A stretch of DNA of 52,918 nt. It comes from Chromera velia. Lineage: Eukaryota. Below, piece by piece: positions 12,764-25,839 of this stretch; the first letter of the stretch is position 1, and each line of letters opens with the position of its first letter. The translations under genes were made by a program, and so were the position numbers. Under the pieces are notes generated by a model. The model had not been told where the DNA came from, ran no database searches, and saw only the letters and a list, made by a program, of their open reading frames with translations. Where the stretch lies: the NCBI GenBank assembly GCA_018398765.1, contig JAHBMJ010000241.1, forward strand, positions 1 through 52,918, in the 5' to 3' direction.

Positions 12764-15700
12764 ATGATGGTTGAGGGAGCACGAAATTCTGCCCTTCCCG
12801 GGGCGATTGGTGGGGAGAATCCGAAGAGTAGAGGAAACTCGGAGACGGGCACGGAGGAGACGGCAAGTGTGGATTCGAGAGACGAGGGCCTGAATTTCTT
12901 CATGCATCGGATGAAGCTGAATCCTCAGGTTGGCCCGTCGCCGGGAGGCATCTTTTCTCTCTTTTGTGTTCTTTTCGGTGTCGAGGTCTTCGCACAGAAA
13001 AGGAGGAGAGGGCGATTGTCGAATACCCGATCTCTCTTTTCTCCTGACTTGACTGATTCAGAGGGTACTGCTACACAAATTGACGTAGGACGGTGCCTGC
13101 TCTCTCCCCGCTTGCCTCTTGTTCTTATCAGCCTATATAGTCCCCCTTTCTCCCTCTCCTTCCCCATGAGAACTCACAACCCCTCTCTGTCGTTCTTCCC
13201 CTCCTGTTCCCTCTGCCTGTCTGTCTGTCTGCCTGTCTGCCTGTCTATCTGTCTGTCTCGCAGTCGCTCTCCGACCTGGCAACGCAACAGGAATCCTTCG
13301 GACTTGCCTGGCTGAGTGCGTTCCTGAAGACCAAAGTCAGTCAGTCAGTCAGTCAGTCAGTCAGTCGGATTCAGAGTCTTGGTGGGCGCGCACACTCGAA
13401 ATTGGAATTAAGCCGAGTTATCCTTGCAAACAGAACCCTTTCCCCTCAGCGCTTGAGACCGGGACCTCCCTTCTTTGTATGGGCACACTCTCTCCATCTG
13501 TTCCAACGTCTTTCTCTCAGTTGCAATTTTTGAGAATCGATACGACCGCCCCAGTAAAAGACGAGAGTGTGAAGGCCCTGATATAAATCTTCTTCATTCT
13601 TCCACTCCCACTGTGTGCAGGAACGAAACGAAGACAAGAAGATTCCCTTCGAATTTCCTCGCGGCCTCGACCTCTCAGGTGAGATGCCAAGTGCAGCACT
13701 GTGGGACGGGCGGAAAGAGAAAGAAAGAGTCTGTCGTTTCTCTTTTCGGGGGAAGAGAGAATTGACGAGCGCGTCACAACAACTGACTTGACGGGCGCCT
13801 GCCTGTTCATATGCATCACCGCCCTTCTTCGACTTGTAAATTTGATGCAGTGGCACAAACGTCTACTCATGCCCTGACAAAGCAAGAGACCGGCGGTTTG
13901 TGCAGGGAACATTTTTGCAAATTCGGTCAAGGCGGAAGCGGAAGGAAACGACTGCCCTGAATTCTTTTTCGATTTCATTGATCCCTTCGTTCTTCATTCT
14001 TTTTTTTCTTCTTCTTCTCTTTCTGCCTTCATCCAGTCACCTTCCCTCTCCTCTCGTTTCTCTTTGCAGGCGTGCGCGGCTTGTCCCCAGAGGAAATCTA
14101 TATCCTCTTGAACTCCCTCCCTGCCACCGTTGAGGAGATCAAATTGGGTGAGTAAGAGTGAGGGAGTCTCTGTTGTCTTCTCAGCTGCGTCACCGTTTGT
14201 CTGCGCTCTGTGTTCTTGTCACCTTGCCAAGGTTTTGTTCCGACCTCGTTTCTGGTTGTGTCCGTGGGGCGTCTCATCGGCATTGCCAATCAAGCAGCCA
14301 GGGGAATTGCACTGTGCATGCGCACGCACGCGCACAGCTTTGTGCATGCGTCCCTAAACACCCAGAATGGTGATTCGCATAGTTTTCGTGAGCTAGAGAA
14401 GTATGTGTTCTTTTGCTTTGTAGTGCCCGTAGGTAGAGAGAATCACCCGGCCACATGATCGATCAAAAATTTTGACCAAGCGGCCCTGTGTGCAGACTCT
14501 CGGGCCGTCAGGGGACGTGCCCTTCCTCTTCTTCTCAACTTCTTGAAACGAGTGGCAGCTGGGAGAGAAGGGAAAGCGGAGGCCCCCCGACTCAAGAGCT
14601 TCACATTTGCAGGTTGGTTGGGCAAGATTGAAGCGGTGAACAAGGGAGGGAAGGAGAGCTTTGCTCTCCCGCCATGAGAAGGATCAGCTTTCAGTTTGCG
14701 TGGATGATCGAGGCACTCCGTTCGTTGTCTCTTCGCGTCGATGCGCATGACGGCGTCGATCTACGGCTCCCTCCACCTTCTTTCTGTGTACGTGCATCTC
14801 TCTAGCTCTCCCCACAATTAACTGACAATGCACGACCATGTATGGAAGGATCGAGGGATCGAATCTGCATGCAGAGAACTCTTTGGGACCCGAGGAGGCC
14901 TCTCAGGTCTTGCCGCTCCTTTTGCCTTCTTTGGAATATCTTTGCTTGAAGGGTCAGTCAGTTACATGCATGTCCATTCATTCGGATCATCGAAGTCAGC
15001 GAAAAAGTGGACCTAGGTGGGAGAGCGGTCGGTAGGACACTTCTATAGAGGTTGAGGTCCGCATCGTCTTGAGTGTTTATGTGCGGACGAATGGAATGGA
15101 CTGCAAAGCATCAATGCAGTGAGGTGGGAGAAAAAAGGAGGGAGGGAGGGAGGGAGGGAGGGAGAGACTCTGAGAGAGAGAGAGAAACTTTGTGAATGGA
15201 AAGTGCTTGTAAAGAGTCCGTGAGGCAATAACAGAGTCAGATAGAGGATGATAGAGGGGCGGGAAGAAAGAGGCGTCGAGTTCAAAAAAGAATCGAAGAG
15301 GCTTTCACGCAGCTGGAAAAATAAGAAAACGGAGAAATGAGCAGACAAGCGAGTAAGCAGGCAGATGTACAGGCACCCGGACAAACATGAGGGCAAGCAT
15401 AAATTGATAAACAGAGACATTCACGGATCGAGTGAATTTATCATGCACGTTCCTAGATATTCCATGAAAGAGAATCTCTCAGATGAAAATGCTCCCATGC
15501 TCTCTTGGCTGCTCCCACTTCAATTTTTCAATAGATGGAGGATTTGTTCAGGACGGTCCTTTCGTCTCAGTCACTCAACTTCCATCTCGCAATTTCATCG
15601 TTATCTATGTTTTGCTTTTCCATCTCTTGTCCGTCGATGGATCGGGTGGAGCGACTTCTTTCACTGCATATAATGTAATTTCGTTTCTTATCCATGATGC

Positions 15701-17981
15701 GACATACTTATGCAACCTGCATTGCATTGCGCAATCAATCTGCCCGGATCGATGGTCCTGCATGGGTCGACGATCTCTTTTTCTTTATTTGTGATCTTTT
15801 AAGTGTGCGGCCGGTGCGTCTCTGCTGCCTTCAGGCAACCCTCTGGGCTCTGAGGGAATCCGAGCAGTGGCAGAGGGGGTCAAAGAGGGGAATGCTGCCT
15901 CCCTCCGTGTGCTTGACCTCGAGGCGACTGGCTTCGAGAAAGAGGGACTGGAGACATTGTGCGAGGCTATGAGGGAGAAGTATATGAAAGTGGCGACTTT
16001 CAATCTTTGCGGGAACGATATTGGGGGGCTGGAGGAAATGCAGGGGCTCTGTTCGGTTCTGTGTGTGAGTTCTCTGCCGTCTCTCCGTGAGCTTCTGGTG
16101 CGAAAGTGCGGGTTGACAGATGAGGTGGTGAAGCCTCTGACAGAGTCGATGGGAAGGGGGGACCTCCCCAATTTGGAGGTGTTGGACTTGGGAGGGAATC
16201 GTTTTGTGGGTGGGTTTCTGGGTGATTTGGGAGGGGCTCTTCGGGTAGGGGGAGTCCCTCTTCTGAGAGAGTTGAGAGTGAACGATGCCGGGAATGTAAG
16301 GCCAGTCAGAAGGAAAACCTTGGAGGCATTCCTTGGCGCTCTGAGCGCTCCCGAGTGCCCACCCGACCTGCGTGTGCGGGGTGTCTGCTTATTCTATCCG
16401 TCTCTGAACGAAGAGGAAGTGAGGGCACTCGGTGCGTGCAGATACCCCTCTATTCGCACACGAAGCCTCCGTCTTTCTCCCAGTCAAGTGACGCCGTTCC
16501 TTCAAGGGATGAATAGTGCAGATAAGGGGCCAAAGTATGAGATGCTTGACTTGCATCTGTGTTTTCAGGAGAATGCAAACCAGGAGCTTAGGTTGGTTGG
16601 GGATGCGATTGAAGGGGGGCATTTTTGCCGCGTCCGAAAGCTGGGAATCGACACTGTTGCTATACCAGTTGGCTGATGGGAGGAGGAGGAGGCGGAGGAG
16701 AATATTGAGGAGGGAAAGTTTGTGTTCTTCTCTTCCCTCAGTTTCACAAAACTCCCCATGCTTTCTGAATTCATATGGCAGGGCCCCGACTTGACTACAG
16801 CATTCGACGTATGGCAGGCCTCCCCCTTGACAGACGCAGACATCACCCGATTTGCGGAAGCAGTCAGAGTCGGAAATCTGTCCGGCCTGCGGGTGCTACA
16901 GCTGGTAGGGGATTCGAAGTCGGAGGACAAATGGTTCAGTTCTGAAGGGATGGAGGCCTTGATGGGGTCAGTGGTGGAGAGTGAGGAGGGGTTGCCATTT
17001 TTGGAGAAACTTCGTTTGTCTTGTACAAGAGCAGGAGAAGGAGGGGCATCATTGGGGAGAGCTCTGATGTCGGGAAAGTTGCCCAAACTTTCGGACATTA
17101 ATTTGTCGAACTCCCGTCTGACCGATGAAGCTCTTAGGGGGTTGGGTCATGCAGTGAGGGAGGGGGGACTTGTCGGTGTCGCCTCCCTCGATCTGAGCCG
17201 AAACGAAGATATTGAAAAAGAGTCATGGGAAGGATTCATGAGAGAGATTGTGCAGAGTGAGAGGGGGATGCCGAAATTAAAGCTTTTGTATCTTTTTGAA
17301 ACGAGTGCAAACTGTGTCGGGGGTCCTTTGTCAGTCGCCCTCGCCTCCGGTAAGCTTCCCTCTTTGGAGACGTTGGGAATTCGTTCTTTTGGCCTTGATG
17401 AGACGGGGGTGGGTGATCTGGGAGAGGCGGTGAGGGCGGGGGGGTGGCCTCCTGGTTTCGCAAAAAATTCAAAAATCGAATTCACCCTTGAACACACCGA
17501 CGTCAACCTAGACGAACTGATCAAAGCGATTGGAGAGAGTGAGATCGGGCTGCCGTCATTTGTGCTAAGTCTGAATCTTTCCGGTGGACGTCTGAGTGAA
17601 GAGGCGCTTGCCTCTCTTGCCAGAAATGGGGGGGGGGCGTCTGGGGGCAAACTCTCGCACTTGAAACATCTCGACCTCTCTAGCTGCGGGCTTGACGATG
17701 CTAGGCTAGGGAGGCTGGGGGACGTATTCTCTGCCCATGAGTGCAGAGAGCTGGAGAGCATCGACCTCAGTTGCAACCGAATCAGCACCAAGGGCCTTTC
17801 GGCCTTTTCTGAGGCTCTGAGCCCCCAATCACTACCGAAACTTAGGCGCTTGAGTTTGAGATCGCAGAAGACAGTTGAAGGGGAGGAGCTTAGAGTCAGA
17901 GAGCAGATACAGTTCTCATCTGCTGTTGACTCTCTGCAAGCAGCCGCCCATAAAAACGGGAAGCTGCTGAAGTGGAGGTGA
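12764..17981 (+). CDS. RNI-like leucine-rich repeat protein with an in-frame TGA at 16674-16676 (possible pseudogene). Predicted exons: 12764-12928, 13264-13335, 13621-13678, 14070-14147, 14496-14612, 14875-14952, 15835-17981
   Basis: All six introns are GT-AG with matching phases. Repeats include LEYLCLKGNPLGSEG, LRVLDL, LPNLEVLDLGGN, LPKLSDINLSNSRLTDE, LKHLDLSSCGLDD and LESIDLSCNRI. ORFs 15867-16676 and 16722-17981 share a frame and are separated by a single TGA. Confidence 0.85.
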
Positions 17982-18492
17982 CGGCAAGAGGGCGGGATGG
18001 GTGGGTGGGAGACAATGGAGAGCTAGGGGAAATTTGGGGTAGAGTTGACCGTTCCTCTCTGCGTTCCCGCACGGGGTGCAGTAAGATTGATGCATAGAAG
18101 GCCTCCGTTTGGAAGGGGTCCCGGGTGAGGGCGATCGAGCGTACTGAAGGGCTAGTACGGCCTTGAGTATGAGGGCCGTACGTGTGGTATACGTGTGGTT
18201 GATTTTCTTCGTTCCTTGATTCAGAAGGCACCGAGCCTAGCTACATGTCTGTCTGTTTGGTTGTGTGTGTCAAACCAAAGTGCTCTCTTGTCATGGGTGC
18301 CGTGCCTTTTTGTTTTTCATTGACCATCCGTTTTCTTCCGGTGATCTGTTGTTCCCGTCTCTTTTCTATGCTTCCTCCCTTCCCTGCTTCCTCTTTTCGT
18401 TGCTACTTTCTTTTGCGTCAGGACTTCTATGGTGTCCTTTCCTTGCCTGACAGAAAGAGCTCTTTGTTTGTTGTTCCTTCTGGACACCCTCC

Positions 18493-18524
<32 letters not shown>

Positions 18525-18639
18525 CTGTCTCGAGGCTCACGCGTGCGTGGGGAGATGGTGCATGAGTGAGCAGAGGTCGGAGGGGCAAAGAGGGAGGGGC
18601 AGGAGAAAGACACCCTGAAGGGGCGCTGTGTGTGTATGC

Positions 18640-18674
<35 letters not shown>

Positions 18675-18726
18675 CGCGCGCGTGTGAGTGCATGTGTGTG
18701 TGCATGTGTGTGTGCATGTGCATGTG

Positions 18727-18778
<52 letters not shown>

Positions 18779-19630
18779 CGCGTGTTTGTGTGTGTGTCCG
18801 TGCGCGCGTGTTTGTGTGTGGGTGTGGCTGTGTATTCTAGATGTCTCAAGGGAGGGTATCCTCGATTCGAAAGGGGGGGCATTCAAATAGGCAAGGAAAG
18901 TAAGACAGGTAGTAAAAGAAACAGCAATCGAGGTGAGTGACTCGATAGGAGGGGGATGCAGAAAGCCTGTGTGTGGATCGATGCGGGTTGTAGATCTAGA
19001 CGAGTGCACGAATGTACAAGCGTATGTCTTTCTCCCTTCGCCTCCATTCTTTCATTGTCTCTTTTTCTTTCCTTCTTTCTTTTTTCGGTCTCTCTTCCTT
19101 GCGATCTTGATTTCTTGCATGGGTCGGTTTCCCTTCTCTTTTCTGTTGCCCCCCTGCCTGCCTGCCGGTGTGGTTGATTGTCTGCCTGGCTGCCTATTTG
19201 GCTGTTCTGATCTGTGCTCTAGGGATTGCAGTGGTGTGCACTGAGGGTACGCTTTCCGTTTCCCTTCACGTCTCTGCTCTTCTCGATGCTTCCCTCTTGT
19301 GCAGGCAGACTGCATTGACAGGAAAAGTTAACCTGAGGTCAATAGAAGAGAGAGACAGACAGGTCGAGAAAGACGCATGAGGCGCCACGGGCATGCGTGA
19401 GTGAGTTAATTTCCGGAGAAGTAAAATCGAAGCGGGTCGAATCGAACCTGTCGGGAGGGGATTTCTGGGTGGGCACTGTCTTTTTTTCTTCCTTTGTTTT
19501 CTTGTATGAGCTGACATTATCTGTTTTTCCATCGATCTGTCTCTCCTCTGCTCCGTCCTTCAGTGAGTCTTCTCGATCAGGAGCCTTCTGTTTTGTTCTG
19601 TTCGGTTCTGTTCCTTCCTTTCTTTCTTTC

Positions 19631-19666
<36 letters not shown>

Positions 19667-20756
19667 TTCTTTCTTTCTTTCTTTCTTTCTTTCATGCTGT
19701 GCTGTTCTGATCATCTGTGTTTTGGCGATGAAGAGAAGGACAAGTGTGTGGAGGGACACCTTGCCTGGGAGAGAAAAGAATGAAGGCCGAAAGGAAAGAA
19801 TCGTCTCTCTTTTGAGAGAAAGACACTGATCTTTTCGTGCGGCTGTGTTGTTTAATTCCCTCTGTGTGTGTTTGTGTGCGTCGACTGGTGGCCTGAGGGG
19901 GCGCGAGGCTGTAAAGTGATCGATGCGTTTCCGTTCTTTCCTTCTCTGTGGACATAAGGGAGGTGAGTTTTTTCGTTAGTCAGCCAGATCCTTCGAAGGG
20001 ACAATGGGAGAGAGCGAGGGAGAGGGAGGGAGGTAGGAAAACAGGGTAATGTCGGTAGGTCACCTGCGGGTGACGTGCATGCAGACGTGCATGCAGGGGT
20101 GTCGGTGGCAAGCACGGTTTGAATACGTAATTGTTCTGTTGATTTATTTATGTATTTTTTCGAAAAGCGGTTTGTCCCTCCTTTCCTTGAGGCACCATTC
20201 CTTCCTTTCTTTCTCCTTGTTTCCTCACCTATTTCGTTCCTTTCTTTCCCCTTCTGTTAATTGGTCATGCGTCGAGTTCCTCAGGGAATTTTCCTACTCC
20301 CCACCCGCTTCTTCTCCCGCTCCTGAAAATCAAATAAAGGCTTCAAAAAAGCCCCACTCGATCACTCGATCAAATGCGTGCAAGTGTCCGTGGTTGCTTT
20401 GTGCCTTGCATGACCTTTTAGTGTGAGTGCTTTGCCTCTTGTGAGAGTTTTATTCGCCTGAATGGTTCCTTCGTGCTTCATTGTTCTCCTTTCCTCTCAG
20501 TGTGATCGAGTCTGTGACTGTGTGGATGTGTATGTGTATGCGTATGCTAGTGTGTATGTACGTGTACAAAGATGCATGTTCTTGCTTGTGCTGTGTGCCC
20601 ACGATGGCTTTAATACTGAGGACGTCCATTCGATCTCTTTTTTGAATGCGGAAGCAAGTATTATTTTTGGAATCGACTCACAATGTCTCACATTCACATG
20701 AAGAGGCATGAAAGGTTAACGAAGGTTGACCGTCTAAGTAGGCTACCCCCTGCAAG

Positions 20757-20875
20757 TTTAAGTAATTTAGACGAGTAATTTAAAGTAATTTAGAATAATT
20801 TAGCCTAGAATTTAGCTTAGTAATTTAGAGTAATTTAAAGTAACTTAGAATAGTAAACTAAAGTAATTTAGTAGT
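20757..20875. repeat. AT-rich ~10-11-bp minisatellite (AGTAATTTAG-like)
   Basis: Repeated AGTAATTTAG, AGTAATTTAA and AGTAACTTAG units. Confidence 0.8.
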
Positions 20876-21597
20876 AGAAAGCTAAATTACAAATTTTGGT
20901 CAAATTTTTGAGGTCGATAATACTGTTGATTTCTCGTAAATGTTAAAGAGCTGGATGATCAAACGAACAGTGCTTATAGCTCTTATACAGCCTTATAACT
21001 CAGGCTGTAAGTTTATTATTATTATTATTATTATTTTATATACAACATTATTATTATTTTTTTTTTTTATAACCGTAAGTTTTAAAGTGTAAGACACTAG
21101 GTTAGACACCATATTCACTAAGAATGTGCATTAAAAACACATTTGATTTAAAAAACCTTAAAAACTGCTAGCATCTGTCACCCTTCTGATTAAAAAAGGT
21201 GACAAATGCTAGCAGATGCAAAGAATTCGAAAAGGCGTATATACAATTATAAAAAGGTTGTTTAATTTTAATGATTAAATCTAATTTAGTTTTGAATCTA
21301 ATCTCAAAGTAAAGTCTATCTTTTTATAAGTTCAAGTTGAAAAAGAAACTATAGAGAAACACACGCATTTACATCACGATGCATTCTACCGGCCGCTGCA
21401 TACAAGATTATGGTGTCAGTTGCATTAAAAAAAAAAGGGAAACAACCAAAGAATTTGATCGTAAAAGTAGTTAAATCGAGCGTTGAAGCTTAAGATCCAC
21501 ACCTAGATCCACCCGATGATCCTTGACAATAGCACGGTGTTTTTTTTTCACTCTTTTCTTCCCGCCTCTGAGCATTGGCTCAATACCACCTCCCCTC

Positions 21598-22366
21598 TTA
21601 CAACTGAATTGTAGGTGTGGAACATGAACACGGCACCGTGACCTGACCCCCCTCTTCCCCTTCAAAACCCCCTGGGGAACCTCCACCTCGTCCTTTACCC
21701 CTTCTCCTGCCGTGGGGAGAAGCAGCTGGCGCACTGCTGCCAGATGAACATCCAGGCAGAGAGAACATCCCCCTCGACCACCCCCACGCCCAGCCTCTGG
21801 AGACCGCGTCGGATGAGAAGGAGGACGAGACCCCACGGGAGAGTTCTATGGTGTGTGTGCACGTTGAGGGGGGCGTGGAGGCGAGCGCTGGCCGGAAAGG
21901 GAAGGAGCTTGTACTGCTGTCTGGTGATGGGGTTGGACAGGGCCCCTGCAGGTCCACTTCGATACCTGGTGTTTTGAAGATACGCTCAGGAAAAGGGGAA
22001 AACGGAGGGTTGCGGGTCTGTTTGACAACCCAGCACTTTTCTGAATCTTTTGTGACAAAGCTCTTCTTTGCTTGCTCCAGTAGCTCTAACAGCCGTCCCA
22101 AGTACTCAGAATTCTCAGTCATGGATGCGAAAAGGCAGTGGCTTGAGTGGATGGCAAGACAAGACTTCCTCAGCCATGACTTTTGGGGATCCTTCTCAAT
22201 CAGAGAGGCGAAGGTGGCTCGCACAGAGCCGGAGTCCCCTAGCTGCCGTCTCTCTCTCGCGCTCTTTGAAGTATTTGAGAGGTTCCATTACCGAAGGGTG
22301 GGGGAGCTCCTCCAGCCACTGACACCGTGCGTGGAGACAGGTGCCTTTCCCATCCAGGGGTGCTGT
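21598..22366 (-). pseudogene. Exon-like segment weakly resembling PAP central/C-terminal regions, with in-frame TAA at 22288-22290; probably the distal part of the NTase locus
   Basis: A TGTGCAG acceptor precedes 22366. The frame reads QHPWMGKAPV...LR*WNLS...SCLAIHSSHCLFASMTENSEYLGRLLELLEQAKKSF, loosely parallel to PAP HDWRRPITL and MPVITPAFPGMNSTHNV...MKREFKRG. Confidence 0.4.
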
Positions 22367-22967
22367 CTGCACAGAAGAGTTATAAGACAAAGAGACAGTC
22401 AGAACTGTATTGAGTGTCGAAGGCTTCGCTCTCTACAGTGAGTCCAAGAAGACATTCAAATCTCAAGTACTCGAGCTGAGATACTGCATTGACAACCTTT
22501 TGGTCACTCATGCTCACTGAAACAACCTTTGCTACCCCTGCTCTTTCCTGTACCCTTCACTGCGAACGTTCCTACTTTGCTGTATCCGTAAAAAGAGAAC
22601 TAAACCTCTGATCTCTAGTCACCTCTTTGCGACTTCGTGTTTTCTTTTGGCACATGATTGTCTTATTCGTTGGCCCATTCTCTCAACCAGTTGAGAAAAG
22701 AGGGAAAACACGATCTCAAAAACTAAAAAGTAATCGTAAGGCGGGCTTGGAAGGAACGCAACTGGAGTCTACTAGCAAGACAAAGAAAAACATGCCGAGA
22801 CAAGAGACAAAATAATAAAATGGACAGCGGTGGAGACGATGCAGCGCAGATATCATCGGCTGTATTCATGTCTCTGCTGTTCTCTTTCCCGCCTTGCATG
22901 TCGTCTTTCATAGGCAAAGGAGAGGGAAGGGAAACAGATTTTGTGTGCTCAACCCATCCGCGCTCAC

Positions 22968-23147
22968 CTTCTCCATCTCCTTTTTGAGGGCTTCATTTTC
23001 CCGCTGTGTCTCTGCCAGGAGGTGTTTGTACAGTCTGACTTCTTTGTCAAGTCTTGCGTTCTCTTTCTTAACTTCCACCAGCTCAGACTCCCCTCCTGCT
23101 GCGCCTGAGCCCTCTCCCACTCCTCCACCTTTGCTTGGCTCCCGGCT
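22968..23147 (-). CDS. Coiled-coil-encoding internal exon; parent gene uncertain
   Basis: TTTCTGCAG acceptor, GTGAGC donor, 180 nt open: ...ELVEVKKENARLDKEVRLYKHLLAETQRENEALKKEMEK. Confidence 0.55.
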
Positions 23148-24530
23148 CTGCAGAAATGTACAGAAGGAAACAGATCATCTTCGTGTGCGCAAGAATTGAA
23201 GGAAACTAACACTAACATGCAGTCACAGAGTGGCACATGCATGCACGCACGCATGCATGCGTTCAACCTAACATCCATCCATCCATCCAGCTCTCCGTCA
23301 ATGTATCTGTCTGTCGATCTGTTCATCCATCCATCCATTCATCCACCCATCCATCCATCCATTCATCCACCCATCCATCCATCCATCCACCCGCGTATAG
23401 ACCCATCATGACCTATCTGCCCCCGCTTTTGGGCTCTGAGGGAATGACGGGGGAGAAGCAGATGCTTGCACTGTAATACTTTGTCGACAGGAGGATGAGA
23501 GAGTGTGTAAGACAGCAAGAGGCATAATCGTGGTCACCAAGGTAAGGTATGCCGACTCGGAACGGATCAATCAACTTTCTCTCTAGCAATTCAGTGCATC
23601 TCATCGATCCCCGTATCCTTGACTTCCTTTCTTTCTCTTCATGCAGAGGTCTTCCCTGCTGCGATGATACAAGTGGACACCAAAGCGCTACATACAAGCA
23701 CACAAGGAACACAGGGCCAGACACTCACCGGAGGGCGGTCACGGGCACAAACTCCCATACAGGAGTCGAACGCTAAAGCCTTATTGCCCATTGCTCGCGT
23801 CTTTATGCTCGATCCTTTCCTTCTCGAGGGCTCTGCATCAGAATGCTGATTAGATTCTCGTGCTCTTCCACCTCCGCTTGGTTTCTGGCTCTGCAAAAAT
23901 GTACAGAAGGAAACACATGATCTTCGTATACATAAGAATTGAAGGAATCTAGCACTGACGTGAAGTCACAGAGTAGCACATACATGCACGCACGCGTGCA
24001 TGCGCATGCATGCATTCAACCTAAAATCCATCCACCTATCCATCTCTCCGTCTATGTATCCATCTGTTGATCCACCCATCCATCCATCCATCCATCCACC
24101 CGCGTATAGACCCATTATGACCCATCCGCCCCCGCTTTTGGGCTCTGAGGAAATGACAGCGCAGCGTTTGCGGGGTAGAAGCTGATGCTTGCACTGTGAT
24201 ACCTTGTCGACAGGAGGACGAGAGAGTGTGTAAGACAGCAAGAGGCATAATCGTGGTCACCAAGGTAAGGCATGCCGACTCAGAATGGATCAATCAACTT
24301 TTTCTCTAGCAATTCAGTGTATCTCATCGATCCCCGTATCCTTAACTTCCTTTCTTTCTCTTCATGCAGAGGTCTTCCCTGCTGCAATGATACAAATGGA
24401 CACCAAAGCGCTACATACAAGCACACAAGGAACACAAGGCCAGGCACTTACCGGAGGGTGGCCGCGTGGACGAACCCCCATGCAGAAGTCGAATGCTGAA
24501 GGTTCATTCCCCATTGCTCACGTCTTTGTA
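23120..24530. repeat. Tandem segmental duplication, period ~740 bp (~23120-23810 and ~23863-24530)
   Basis: Shared strings include AATGTACAGAAGGAAACA, a (CATC)n tract, GGCATAATCGTGGTCACCAAGGTAAG and CACCAAAGCGCTACATACAAGCACACAAGGAACAC. Confidence 0.9.
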
Positions 24531-24714
24531 CTAGTTGGAATCAAAGAGAGATAAGGAATGAAAGGAAATTGGGAGAGAAAAAGGGCGGAAAGAAGGAAAG
24601 GATCGAAGACGTAGACTCAGAAGGGATGGATGACCATGCAATCGATCGATGCATGCACGAACCAAAAACGAAACCTAATCTGCTAGAATTACCCTTCTGA
24701 TGTCTCTTATCTAC

Positions 24715-25325
24715 CGGACTGCCAGATCTTCCTCCTCTCTCCCAAAAGCTAAATCAAACTCAAGGTCCGGTGCAGACTCCGATTCTGACGTACTCATCTT
24801 CACCGTAAGGAGGGGGGGGAGAGCAGAGGGTTTCCTGACTACTTTGTGCCCCTTTGACACAAAGATGTCTCCGAGCTGCTTCAGAGCAGCCCATTTCCAT
24901 GCATGCCCCCCCTCAAACCTCTGAAGCATCTTCTCCCACAGCTCTAGACCCAAAGCTTGGGCCTGGATGCCTTTTCGATGCACTGCAATAGCCGCCTCCT
25001 TCAGAGAGGGGACTTTCCTCTCTGGCTCTTGCCTAGGCTCTTGCACCAGCACCTCCGAAACAAAACAGACACCATCGGCATCACTGCCTTCTTTTCTAGT
25101 GCCGAGCACTGCAGAACCAAAAAAGACCACCCTACACCCGGGCAACGCTTCCTGTGTGCATGTTTTTACACTAGGAAGTGCCCCTTGGAAGGCTTCTTTC
25201 CTCCCTCCAGATATCAGACGGCCATTTAGAGACGACACCATAAAAGCATCTTGGTCTCTTTCTCCAGTCTGCTGCCGTCCTCTCCGTTTTTCCTCCTCTT
25301 CAACAGTAGAAGAAAAAGATGAAAC
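24715..25325 (-). CDS. Exon encoding a Pol-beta superfamily nucleotidyltransferase catalytic domain (divergent PAP/TUTase-like); 5' exons unresolved
   Basis: VVFFGSAVLGTRKEGSDADGVC fits the hGS...DxD signature, followed by PPLLTVK and a third Asp in EFDLAFG. Flanked by a GGTCAG acceptor and a GTAGAT donor. Confidence 0.75.
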
Positions 25326-25839
25326 CTGACCGATACACAAGCGTAACACAGCAACAGAAAGGGATTCTGTTTGAATAGGGGGTGAATCACAGGGCGCACA
25401 CGTAAAGGTTGGAAACAAAAGAAACATTGTGTACCCTGGAGCCTCAGGACTTTTGACAGTTTGCCAAGGAAAGGAGTGATCATCTGTGAACTGGGATGCA
25501 GAAAAACGAATGAGAACAGAAACAGAAAAAATGGATGGAGAGACAGAGATGGAGACATCCTGCACCATGATGTAGCTTCTCTCCAGGTGGTAGTATGCCC
25601 TTCATAGCGTGCTATGCTCTCAGCTCACCAAGCCAAGGGCCTGGCTCTCCTCTTCATATTGAAAGGCAACTCTAAGAAAATGAAAAAAAAAAAAACGACA
25701 CTCCCCATTTTCCCTCGTCTGACACGTAATTAATTAACGCCCCTCATCCAGAAGTGTGGACGCTATGGTGTTGCTCTGCTTATCTTTACTCAAAGTTGCT
25801 TAACTCTCATATTGAACTGTACGATATCACACGGAAAAC

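Noticed and set aside
18168..18205. SECIS element for the LRR UGA (ATGA...GA stem)
   Set aside because: The core quartet is out of register, the stem is mostly G-U, the apical AA is missing, and an alternative hairpin (18155-18181) competes.
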